A stretch of DNA of 64,000 nt. Source: Gemmatimonadales bacterium. Its GTDB lineage: Bacteria > Gemmatimonadota > Gemmatimonadetes > Gemmatimonadales > Gemmatimonadaceae. Location of the stretch: positions 19,105-83,104 of the forward strand of contig JBBSGP010000009.1 of the NCBI GenBank assembly GCA_038253885.1, written 5' to 3'. Below are positions 35,056-45,191 of the stretch, piece by piece. The translations under genes were made by a program, and so were the position numbers. Numbering within the stretch: position 1 is the stretch's first letter; each line of letters begins with the position of its first letter. Under the pieces are notes generated by a model. That model was given only the letters and a program-made list of their open reading frames with translations, made no database searches and had not been told where the DNA came from.

Positions 35056-35867
35056 GGATGTGGGTGCTCGGGAGCGGGAGTCGCGGCAATGCGGTCCTGT
35101 TCGAGGCCGAGGGATCGCGCGTGCTCGTCGACGCCGGATTCGCCGTCCGCGACCTGGAAGCTCGCCTCGGCGCAGTCGGCGTGCCCGGCGAGTCGATCGA
35201 GGATCTGGTCGTCACGCATGAGCACACGGACCACGTGCGCGGAGCGTGCGCCGCCGCCCGGCGGTGGGGATGGACGGTCCATGCCAGCGCCGGTACTCTG
35301 ACCGCGTGCCCCGAGCTCGTCGCTGCCGGCGCCATCGCGATCCCGCCGGACGGGGTGCTGGTGCTCGACACCATCTGTCTGGACGCGGTACCGGTGCCGC
35401 ATGACGCCGTCGAGCCGATCGCGATCGTCGCCACGGCACGGGGGAGCGGCGTCCGCGCGGCGGTGGTGTACGACCTCGGTCACGTTGGAGAGGCGCTGCG
35501 CCGGACATTGGCCGATCTCGACCTGCTGGTGCTCGAGGCGAATCACGACGACGGCATGTTGCGCGCAGGACCATACCCTCCGTCGGTCGTGCATCGGATC
35601 GGGGGACGGCTCGGGCATCTCAGCAACCGGGCGGCGGCTGGGCTCGCGCGGGGCTGCGCGCATCGCGCATTGTCGCACATCGTCCTGGCCCATCTGAGTG
35701 ATCGGTGCAACCAGCCGGGGCTCGCGGCGGCCGCGGTCGGGGCCGCGCTGGCGATCACTCCCTTCCGGGGCGGTCTTCATGCCTCCGCGCAGGAGATACC
35801 GATCGGGCCCTTTCGCGCGCTGGCCCTGCGGGAGACGCGCGCGGCGCAACTGTCGCTCGGACTCTAG
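35052..35867 (+). CDS. MBL-fold metallo-hydrolase
   Basis: MRMWVLGSGSRGNAVLFE...LVDAG...VVTHEHTDHVRG (the HxHxDH motif)...GHLSN...LAHLS. ATG 35052 overlaps the upstream stop (ATGA). Confidence 0.85.
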   Translation: MRMWVLGSGSRGNAVLFEAEGSRVLVDAGFAVRDLEARLGAVGVPGESIEDLVVTHEHTDHVRGACAAARRWGWTVHASAGTLTACPELVAAGAIAIPPDGVLVLDTICLDAVPVPHDAVEPIAIVATARGSGVRAAVVYDLGHVGEALRRTLADLDLLVLEANHDDGMLRAGPYPPSVVHRIGGRLGHLSNRAAAGLARGCAHRALSHIVLAHLSDRCNQPGLAAAAVGAALAITPFRGGLHASAQEIPIGPFRALALRETRAAQLSLGL

Positions 35868-35885
35868 AAGCGTCCGCGAAGCGCA

Positions 35886-35924
35886 ACGGAAAAGCAAAGC
35901 GGGGACCCGTTGCCGGGTCCCCGC
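35886..35924 (-). terminator. intrinsic terminator between the convergent MBL gene and groEL; U-tract on the groEL side
   Basis: A GC-rich 11-bp stem GCGGGGACCCG-ttgc-CGGGTCCCCGC (35899..35924). On the minus strand it is followed by TTTGCTTTTCC. Confidence 0.6.
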
Positions 35925-35956
35925 CTTCCCTACCCTACCGCGACCGCGCGGTAGGC

Positions 35957-37687
<1,731 letters not shown>

Positions 37688-37999
37688 CTAGCGGGGAAGC
37701 ACCGCGAGCACATCGGACTCGCGGAGGATCAGATACTGCTCGTTGTCGAGGGTGACCTCGGTGCCGCTGTATTTCCCGTACAGCACCTTGTCGCCCACCT
37801 TGACATCCATCGGAACGCGCTTGTCTTTCTCGAAGCGGCCGGGACCGACGGCGATGATCTCTCCCTGCTGCGGCTTCTCCTTGGCGGTATCCGGGATGTA
37901 GAGCCCGCCGCGCATCTGCTCGGTGTCCTCGAGCGCCTTTACCACGACACGATCAGCCAGCGGATTGATCTTCACCGCGGCCGAGGTCTTAGTGGCCAT
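37688..37999 (-). CDS. groS: co-chaperonin GroES
   Basis: 103 aa: [44 protein letters not shown]...[15 protein letters not shown]. Confidence 0.95.
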   Translation of the reverse strand: MATKTSAAVKINPLADRVVVKALEDTEQMRGGLYIPDTAKEKPQQGEIIAVGPGRFEKDKRVPMDVKVGDKVLYGKYSGTEVTLDNEQYLILRESDVLAVLPR

Positions 38000-38052
38000 G
38001 AGTTCCTGCCCTCCGTTATTGGTTCAATGCTTCAGTGAATGGAATATAGCTG

Positions 38053-38079
38053 TTAGCACTCGGTCGGCGCGAGTGCTAA
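38053..38079 (-). promoter_or_regulatory. CIRCE operator (HrcA binding site)
   Basis: TTAGCACTC-GGTCGGCGC-GAGTGCTAA is an exact match to the CIRCE consensus TTAGCACTC-N9-GAGTGCTAA. It lies 54 nt upstream of the groES ATG. Confidence 0.9.
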
Positions 38080-38083
38080 ACAG

Positions 38084-38113
38084 AAAATAATCGCGGCCCT
38101 GGCGTGCCATCAA
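38084..38113 (-). promoter_or_regulatory. candidate groESL promoter
   Basis: On the minus strand: TTGATG (38113..38108), an 18-nt spacer, then TATTTT (38089..38084), immediately upstream of CIRCE. This is the usual promoter/CIRCE arrangement. Confidence 0.45.
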
Positions 38114-38233
38114 GGCTCACAACATGCATGAGCCGTTCCAGCCAACTCAGCAAACCGGAACGAGTTAGCGGCGTTGTGTGACAGTCATTCGACATCCCGA
38201 TGGGACGAGTCCGCCGGATCGGCAGTGCGCGAG

Positions 38234-39007
38234 CTACACCGCCAGCAGCTCGTGCGCGAGCTGCAACCCGTGCAGCGTCAGGAAAGGATCGACGCTGTCG
38301 AGCTCGGTGCAGAGGGGGGCGATGACCTCCGCCAGACCGCCGGTGGCAACCACACGAGGTGTACGCGGTGTGGGCCACTCTCGTCGGATGCGGCGCACCA
38401 GGCCGTCGATGGCATCCGCCGCTCCGAGCATCACGCCGGCACGGATGCACTCCTCCGTCCGCCGGCCGATCGCGCGTTCGGGCGGTTGCAGCTCCGTCGC
38501 CGGGAGCTTGGACGTTCGGCGGATCAGCGTTTCTGCCGAGGTGCGGACGCCTGGCGCGATGATCCCGCCAAAGAAGATGCCGTTTTCCGTGATGCAATCG
38601 TAGGTGGTGGCCGTGCCGAGATCCACGACGATGGTGTCGCTCCGGTACAGACGGCTCGCCGCCAGAGTGTTGAGGATCCGGTCGGCGCCGACGGTCAGGG
38701 GCTCGTCCACATCCAGCCGGATCGGGAGCGGGCTGCTCCCGTCCACGATGATCGGATCGCAGCCCAGCCACTCCGTGCAGGCCTCGGCCAGGGGGCCCGT
38801 GATGGGGGGCACGACGGAGCCGATCGCCGCACCATGCACCGCACCCGACGTCGAGTCGGAGGCGGCGAGAAGTCCGGCGAGCAGTAAGCCAAATTCGTCC
38901 GGCGTCCGCGCCACCTCGGACATCACCCGCCAGTGAGCGCGGAGCTCCGCCCCCTCGAACAGCCCGATGGTGGTCTCGGTGTTTCCGACGTCGAACACGA
39001 TGATCAC
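38234..39007 (-). CDS. coaX: type III pantothenate kinase
   Basis: (M)IIVFDVGNTETTIGLF...IVVDLGTATTYD...GGIIAPG...ATGGLA. GTG 39007 overlaps the birA stop (GTGA). Confidence 0.9.
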   Translation of the reverse strand: MIIVFDVGNTETTIGLFEGAELRAHWRVMSEVARTPDEFGLLLAGLLAASDSTSGAVHGAAIGSVVPPITGPLAEACTEWLGCDPIIVDGSSPLPIRLDVDEPLTVGADRILNTLAASRLYRSDTIVVDLGTATTYDCITENGIFFGGIIAPGVRTSAETLIRRTSKLPATELQPPERAIGRRTEECIRAGVMLGAADAIDGLVRRIRREWPTPRTPRVVATGGLAEVIAPLCTELDSVDPFLTLHGLQLAHELLAV

Positions 39008-39762
39008 GTCAGCTCCTCCTCGAAGACGAGCGAGCCGGCTGTCGCGAGAGCCGGCCCCTGCGGCCCGTCGATCATGAGCGCGCCCGATGCATCTATCCCT
39101 CTCACGACGCCACGGATCGGCGTCGCGCTCCGGCGCCCCTCCGCCAGATCGCGCTCACGCCACTCCCGGAGCTCGCTCTCGCGCAATGGCCCGCGAGCCT
39201 GGGCCGCCGCGCGGAGCACTGGCATCAGCTCTTCCAGCACCGTCACGCGATCGGCGCCGTCAGAGAGTGCCGCGGCCCCCCCCTCGGGCATCGCGGCCGG
39301 CAGTCTCACGTTGACACCGAGGCCGATGCTGACCCACTCCACGACGGAACCGCTCCACCGTGTCTCGACCAGAATACCACCGAGCTTTCCGGTGCCGACG
39401 AAGAGATCGTTCGGCCACTTGAGGCGGATCGGGGAGGGCGCGAAGCGATCCAGAACGCGTGCCGCTCGCAACCCGAGCCTCAACGAGAGGACGCCGAGCG
39501 CCTCGACGCCCACTCCGCGCTCGAGCAGCGTGAGCCAGATGCCGGCTCCCGGCTCCGAGCGCCAGGCACGGCCGGCCCGACCACGCCCTGCGGTCTGCTC
39601 CTCGGCGATCACCAGGGTGCCAGCCGGAGCCCCAGTGGCGGCGAGGTGGTTCGCCACATCCTGGGTCGACGTCACGACCGTTTCGATCGTCACGAGCGGC
39701 AATCCCAGTCGCGTCTCCAGATCGGCGGCCGACCATCCGTCGTAGCGCGACGGCTCAGCCAC
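39004..39762 (-). CDS. birA: biotin--[acetyl-CoA-carboxylase] ligase, no N-terminal HTH domain apparent
   Basis: LVIAEEQTAGRGRAGRAWRSEPGAGIWLTLL...LKWPNDLFVG..KLGGILVE. Confidence 0.85.
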   Translation of the reverse strand: MAEPSRYDGWSAADLETRLGLPLVTIETVVTSTQDVANHLAATGAPAGTLVIAEEQTAGRGRAGRAWRSEPGAGIWLTLLERGVGVEALGVLSLRLGLRAARVLDRFAPSPIRLKWPNDLFVGTGKLGGILVETRWSGSVVEWVSIGLGVNVRLPAAMPEGGAAALSDGADRVTVLEELMPVLRAAAQARGPLRESELREWRERDLAEGRRSATPIRGVVRGIDASGALMIDGPQGPALATAGSLVFEEELT

Positions 39763-40558
39763 GGTGGATCGCCAGCACGATCACGGCGACGCCCACGAGG
39801 ACACGGTACACCGCGAACACCCCGTAGCTGTGTCGCGTGACGTACCGCATCAGCACTCCAATGGCGAGCCATCCGCTGAGCGCGGAGGCGGCCACCCCAA
39901 CGGCGAGCGCGCCACCGAGTTCTCCGCCGCGCAGAAGATGCGGCAGCTTCAGGATGGAGGCGGCGGCAATGATCGGCATGCTCATCAGGAAGCTGAACGT
40001 CGCGGCGCCCGCCCGGTCGAATCGCACCGCCCGGCCCGCCGTGATTGTGGATCCCGAGCGCGACACTCCCGGGATGAGGGCAAGAACCTGCGCGAAGCCG
40101 ATTGCCAACGCGTCTCGCCAGCGCATATCCGCGAGTGGACGCGAGCTGTCGCGAGCACGATCGACCAACCAGAGGACGATGCCCATCACGATGAGCATGG
40201 TGGCGATGAGTCTCGGGTCGCGGAACGCCTGCTCGGCGTACCGATCGAGGGCGAGGCCGGCGAGCCCGCCCGGTATGCTGGCGACGACGAGATAGAGCGC
40301 GCGCCGCTGTTCGACCGTCTCGGCCCGGCGACTGCGCACGATCTGCAGCGCGGCAACCGCCAGTCGCGCCCACTCCGATCGGAAATAGATGAGAACGGCG
40401 AGCAGAGTGCCGAAGTGCAACGCGACGTCGAAGGACAGACCGGGCTCGGGCCATCCGAGCGCCCATGGCGCGAGGGCCAGATGCGCCGAGCTACTGATGG
40501 GCAGGAACTCGGCGAGGCCCTGTAGAATGCCGAGGACGAGCGCCTGGACGAGCGTCAT
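39755..40558 (-). CDS. uppP: undecaprenyl-diphosphate phosphatase
   Basis: ILQGLAEFLPISSSAHL...HFGTLLAVLIYF...IPGVSRSGSTI; a multi-TM protein. Confidence 0.92.
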   Translation of the reverse strand: MTLVQALVLGILQGLAEFLPISSSAHLALAPWALGWPEPGLSFDVALHFGTLLAVLIYFRSEWARLAVAALQIVRSRRAETVEQRRALYLVVASIPGGLAGLALDRYAEQAFRDPRLIATMLIVMGIVLWLVDRARDSSRPLADMRWRDALAIGFAQVLALIPGVSRSGSTITAGRAVRFDRAGAATFSFLMSMPIIAAASILKLPHLLRGGELGGALAVGVAASALSGWLAIGVLMRYVTRHSYGVFAVYRVLVGVAVIVLAIHRG

Positions 40559-40592
40559 CTCCGGTGGCCCGGAGGCGAGTCCGCGCTCCGCG

Positions 40593-41414
40593 TCATGGGC
40601 GCGCCACCACGAACGCTGCCATCACGCAGAGCATGGCCACCTTGAGCAGTCCGGGGCTGCCGCGCGTGCCGCGCACGATGGCGCGAGCCGCCATGCCGCA
40701 GAGCACGAGGGCTGGCGTGAGCGCGAGAGCGAGGAGAGGACGCGCCGCCACGAGCGGCAGCAGGAGCGCCCCGAACGCGACGAGAGCCCCGATGACAATC
40801 TGCCCCGCTCGCCGGGAGCCGACGATCATGGGAAGGGTGCGTCGGACGGCGGCATCGGCGGCTGCATCTTCCAGATCCTTGGCGATCTCGCGCGCGAGAT
40901 GCAGAGGCGTCGCGATCAGGATGAGCATGACCCCCGCGCGCGGTGCATCGGAGACCCACGCGCCGTACAGGAACGGGAGCGATGCCAGGACGGCGACGGT
41001 GAGGTTCCCCACCAGACCGCGACTCTTGAGCAGCGGACTGTAGGCGATCATCAGGGCGACGACCGGCACGCTGATCCATCCCAGAACCGGCCGCGCGGCG
41101 AACGCCGCCGCCAGCCCCACGAGCGCCGCGCCGGCGGCGATGCGTCGAGCCACGGCCGCATCCAGCTCGCCACGTGGCAGAGGACGGTTGGGATGGGCGA
41201 TGCGATCGATCTCCACGTCCGCCGCATCGTTCCAGGCGTTCGCACACGCGGTGAAGGCGATGGCGGCCAGCGACGCGAGCAGGGCGGGCCCAGGGCTCAC
41301 GAGGCTTCCTTCCCCACCCCACCACGCGCCAAACATCACACCGAGCGCGGCGACGGCGGCATTGCGCCAGCGCACCAGATCGAGCACCGCGAAAAAACGC
41401 GAGCGGTCAGTCAC
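40593..41414 (-). CDS. UbiA-family aromatic/polyprenyl prenyltransferase; substrate unknown
   Basis: Two Asp-rich motifs, NAWNDAADVEIDRIAHPNRPLPRG and REIAKDLEDAAADAAVRRTLP, within about 8 TM segments. GTG 41414 overlaps the bshA stop by 8 nt. Confidence 0.8.
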   Translation of the reverse strand: MTDRSRFFAVLDLVRWRNAAVAALGVMFGAWWGGEGSLVSPGPALLASLAAIAFTACANAWNDAADVEIDRIAHPNRPLPRGELDAAVARRIAAGAALVGLAAAFAARPVLGWISVPVVALMIAYSPLLKSRGLVGNLTVAVLASLPFLYGAWVSDAPRAGVMLILIATPLHLAREIAKDLEDAAADAAVRRTLPMIVGSRRAGQIVIGALVAFGALLLPLVAARPLLALALTPALVLCGMAARAIVRGTRGSPGLLKVAMLCVMAAFVVARP

Positions 41415-42537
41415 CGAGAACGCGCGCGTAGTAGGCCTCGTACTGGGCCACGATGTCCTTCTGCGCGAACCGCGAGCGCGCGTCGGCCGCGGCCGCGTCG
41501 CTCACGTTCTTCCATCGTGCCGGGTCGCGCAGGATCGTGAGCGCCGCCTCGGCCATTCCTTCGACATCGCCCACGGGACAGAGTGCACCCGTCACGCCTT
41601 CGACAACCAGCTCGGGAAGCCCGCCCGCGTTGGACGCCACGACGGGAACGCCGCAGGCCAGCGCCTCGAGCGCGCTCAGACCGAACGACTCGAGCTGGCT
41701 CGGGAGCAGGAAGAGATCGGCGCAGCTGAGCAGAGGCGCGACAGCATCGAGCTTGCCGAGAAAGAACGTCGAGTCATGCACGCCGAGTGAGCGTGCCTCC
41801 GCCTCGGCGTTCACGCGTTCCGGCCCATCGCCCACCATCACCAGGACGCTCGGAATCTCCTTCCGCACGCGCGCGAAGATCTGGACCACATCCCTAACCC
41901 GCTTCACTGGCCGGAAGTTCGACACGTGCATCAGCACCCGGCGTCCGTCGCCGAACTGCTCACGCAGGCTCGGTGGCCATCTCGTGCGGTCGTAGACGGT
42001 CGGATCGATGAAGTTGTGGATCACATCGACGGCGCAGCTGTCGCAGCCAAACGCCTTGTACGTCTCCTGCTGCAGGTAGCGCGAGACGGCCGTGAGCCCG
42101 TCGGAGCGCTCGATGGAGAACTTGGTGATCGGTTGGAAGGACGGGTCCTGACCGATGAGCGTGATGTCCGTCCCGTGAAGGGTGGTGATGATCTGCACAT
42201 CCGATCCACTGTCCTGGAGCATCTCGCGCGCGATCCAGGCGCTGGTGGCGTGAGGGATGGCGTAATGCGCGTGCAGGATGTCGAGTTGATGCGTCTTCAC
42301 GACCTCGTGCATCCGCACTGCCAGCGCCAGATCGTACGGGGGATACTCGAACAGCGGATAGCGCACGACGTCGACTTCGTGAAACCAGACGCGCGGCAGA
42401 AACGACGGCAGGCGGAACGGCTGCTGGTACGTGATGAAGTGAATCGAGTGTCCGAGCGCCGCCAGCGCGATGCCCAGCTCGGTCGCGACAGCGCCCGAGC
42501 CACCGTACGTGGGGTAGCAGGTGATTCCGATCTTCAT
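41407..42537 (-). CDS. bshA: N-acetyl-alpha-D-glucosaminyl L-malate synthase (GT4), bacillithiol biosynthesis
   Basis: MKIGITCYPTYGGSGAVATELGIALAALGHSIHFIT...YPPYDLALAVRM...DILHAHYAIPHATSAW...TTLHGTDITLIG. By recall, this aligns closely with B. subtilis BshA. ATG 42537 overlaps the miaA stop (ATGA). Confidence 0.82.
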   Translation of the reverse strand: MKIGITCYPTYGGSGAVATELGIALAALGHSIHFITYQQPFRLPSFLPRVWFHEVDVVRYPLFEYPPYDLALAVRMHEVVKTHQLDILHAHYAIPHATSAWIAREMLQDSGSDVQIITTLHGTDITLIGQDPSFQPITKFSIERSDGLTAVSRYLQQETYKAFGCDSCAVDVIHNFIDPTVYDRTRWPPSLREQFGDGRRVLMHVSNFRPVKRVRDVVQIFARVRKEIPSVLVMVGDGPERVNAEAEARSLGVHDSTFFLGKLDAVAPLLSCADLFLLPSQLESFGLSALEALACGVPVVASNAGGLPELVVEGVTGALCPVGDVEGMAEAALTILRDPARWKNVSDAAAADARSRFAQKDIVAQYEAYYARVLGD

Positions 42538-43454
42538 GCCGCACGCTCCCCGCTCACCCACCAATCGCACGCTCGCTCGTGCGCCCTCGCGGCCGTCGGG
42601 TCGAGAAGCGTCACGTCGGCCAGCGGCAGCTGATGCCGAACCCATGTCCGCTGGCGCTTTGCGTACTGCCGGGTGTCGATGATGATCCTCGTGATCGCTT
42701 CGTCCCGTGACACCGTTCCACGCACGAGGTCACGAACGACCCGGTACCCGGTGCCGTTCCAGGCCGGAGCATCGTCCGGCACGCGGGTCAGGAGGCCGAT
42801 CACCTCGTTCTCCCATCCGGCCGCCAGCATGGAGCCTACGCGCTCGCCGATACGCTCGCGGAGTCGAGTGCCCGGGTCCACAACGAGAAACCGGGCGTGC
42901 GCTCTCGCCGGCCGCGCGGCGCGACGATGCCACTCCGAGAGCGCCGTCCCGGTGAGCGCGGCGACTGTGATGGCGCGCAGCAACTGCGCACGGCCAAGCG
43001 ACGCACGCTCGGGATCGAGCCGCTGGCAGCGCGCGCGCAGCTCGTCGGTGGGGCACGCAGCAAGCTCGTCCTCGAGCTGCCGCCGCCGCTCCGGATCCAG
43101 AGGCGGCTCGGTGAACAGAGGCTGGGTGAGAGCCCGGACGTAGAATCCCGTTCCGCCGACGACCACCGCTGTGCGCCGAGCGGCGCGCGCTTCGGCGATC
43201 CAGTCCTCCGCGGCATCCGCCCAGGCCGCTGCCGACCAGCGCTGCACCGGGTCGATGAGATCGATGCCTCGATGCGGCACGCACGCGCGCTCGCCGGCTG
43301 TCGGTTTGGCGGTGCCGATGTCGAAGCCGCGGTAGATCTGGCGCGAGTCGGCGCTGAGAATCGTCGCGCCGAACCGCTGTGCGAGCGCCAGCGCGAGCGA
43401 TGATTTGCCGGCGGCGGTCGGGCCACAGATCACGCGCAGCCTATCGTCTCCCAA
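42534..43454 (-). CDS. miaA: tRNA dimethylallyltransferase
   Basis: VICGPTAAGKSSLALALA...ILSADSRQIYRGFDIGTAKPT...VGGTGFYVRAL. The start is TTG. Confidence 0.9.
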   Translation of the reverse strand: MGDDRLRVICGPTAAGKSSLALALAQRFGATILSADSRQIYRGFDIGTAKPTAGERACVPHRGIDLIDPVQRWSAAAWADAAEDWIAEARAARRTAVVVGGTGFYVRALTQPLFTEPPLDPERRRQLEDELAACPTDELRARCQRLDPERASLGRAQLLRAITVAALTGTALSEWHRRAARPARAHARFLVVDPGTRLRERIGERVGSMLAAGWENEVIGLLTRVPDDAPAWNGTGYRVVRDLVRGTVSRDEAITRIIIDTRQYAKRQRTWVRHQLPLADVTLLDPTAARAHERACDWWVSGERAA

Positions 43455-45183
43455 AGCGGCGCTCCACTTCTTCCCAGGGCAGCCTCACGATCGTCGAGCG
43501 GCCGTGCACGTCGTGGGAAGGAAGCGTCGTGCGAGCCAGCGAGAGGAACAGCGCCCGCATCTCGGCTTGTGAGAGTAGCTCGCCACCCTTGATCGCGGCT
43601 TTGCAGGCGAGCGTCGCCGCGAGGTGCTCGTGACGGGGCGCCGTCCCCGGATCCCGGTCGCCGGTCAGCGCGTCGAGAGTTTCCCGCAGACAGCGCGGCG
43701 CATCGAACCTCGGATGCGGCATCGGCACGGCGCTGACGATCAGGGTGTGGCCGCCAAATCCCTCGATCTCGAACCCGAGGCGCTCCAGCGCCTCGCGGTG
43801 TGACTCGAACGCGTCTCCCTCCGCCGGTCCGAGATGCAACGTCAGCGGAAAGAGCAGCCGCTGTGACGGCGATGCCCCGCCCTCCAGCACCGCCATGAAT
43901 CGCTCGAACAGCACTCGCTCGTGCGCCGAATGCTGGTCGATCAGCACCACACCCTCGTCATGCTCGAACATCAGATAGGTGCGATGGAGCTGGAGCAATG
44001 GTGGTACCTCGATCACCTCGTCCGTCTCGCCGTCGATCGGGGCGGCGCTCGAGGCGATGCGCGCGCCGGCGAGCGCCAGCCCGCCCACGGGCTCGAGCTG
44101 GACGGAGGGACGCAAGGCCTCGACGTCGACCGGTGGCGAGAGCGTCGCCGCGACCGAGGTGATCCACCGTGGCGCCATCGACACCGCGCTGTCCGTCGTC
44201 CCGAGGGCGCGACGAACGGCGCTCTCGATGGCTCGCTCGAGTGGCCAGCGCTCACGAAAGCGTACTTCGGCCTTGGCCGGATGCACGTTCACGTCCACCA
44301 TGTCGGCGGGAATCACCAGCTCGAGCAGGAGCGAGGGCCGGCTCCCGGCGGGAATTGTCGACCGATAGCCTGCTTCCGCGGCCCGCAGGAGACCGGCGTC
44401 GCGGATGGCGCGGCCATTCACGCTCACGAAGACGCGGCGGCCCACCGTCCCGACATCCCCGGGACGCTCGATGAGCCCCGAGATGTGGACCGGTCCCCGT
44501 ACGTCATCGAGCTCCACCAACCGCTCAGCCGCGGCACCACCCCAGAGGGCTCCGACCCGGGCGCGAAGCGTCGATGCCGCGGGCAGCGCGAGCACCTGTC
44601 GCCCATCGTGCGACGCCGTGATCCGAACGTCTCGCCGGGTGAGGCCGATCGCGGTCAGCACATCCACGATGGCCCGCCACTCGCCGCGCGCCGAACGAAG
44701 AAAGCGCAGGCGCTGAGGGGAGTTGAAGAACAGCCGGGAGACGCTGACGGTCGTGCCCCGGCGCCGCGCCGCATCGGCGGTTTCGGTGACCTCGCCGGCC
44801 GTCACGCGGATCCGAACGCCCGCGCCGTCGGCTGCTGCCGTCTCGAGCTCGAGCTCGCTGACCGAGGCGATCGCCGGAAGAGCCTCGCCACGAAAACCGA
44901 AGCTGTCGATGCCGACGAGATCGCCGGCCTCCCGGATCTTCGACGTGGCGTGCCGAAGGATGGCGAGGAGCGCGTCCGCCTTCATCATGCCCGCGCCGTC
45001 ATCGGCGACCCGGATTCGCGCCCGTCCCCCTTCCTCGACGTCGACGTCGACTGCTGTCGCGCCGGCATCGAGCGCGTTCTCCACCAGCTCCTTCACCACC
45101 GATGCCGGCCGCTCCACGACCTCGCCAGCGGCGATCTGGTCGACCACGGCACTGGGGAGCACGGCAATGCGCGGGGGGGGCAT
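43441..45183 (-). CDS. mutL: DNA mismatch repair protein MutL
   Basis: MPPPRIAVLPSAVVDQIAAGEVVERPASVVKELVENALDAGA...FGFRGEALPAI...VNVHPAKAEVRF. The C-terminal domain has LIDQHSAHERVLFE. The start is ATG 45183. Confidence 0.92.
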   Translation of the reverse strand: MPPPRIAVLPSAVVDQIAAGEVVERPASVVKELVENALDAGATAVDVDVEEGGRARIRVADDGAGMMKADALLAILRHATSKIREAGDLVGIDSFGFRGEALPAIASVSELELETAAADGAGVRIRVTAGEVTETADAARRRGTTVSVSRLFFNSPQRLRFLRSARGEWRAIVDVLTAIGLTRRDVRITASHDGRQVLALPAASTLRARVGALWGGAAAERLVELDDVRGPVHISGLIERPGDVGTVGRRVFVSVNGRAIRDAGLLRAAEAGYRSTIPAGSRPSLLLELVIPADMVDVNVHPAKAEVRFRERWPLERAIESAVRRALGTTDSAVSMAPRWITSVAATLSPPVDVEALRPSVQLEPVGGLALAGARIASSAAPIDGETDEVIEVPPLLQLHRTYLMFEHDEGVVLIDQHSAHERVLFERFMAVLEGGASPSQRLLFPLTLHLGPAEGDAFESHREALERLGFEIEGFGGHTLIVSAVPMPHPRFDAPRCLRETLDALTGDRDPGTAPRHEHLAATLACKAAIKGGELLSQAEMRALFLSLARTTLPSHDVHGRSTIVRLPWEEVERRFGRR

Positions 45184-45191
45184 GCGCCAAG

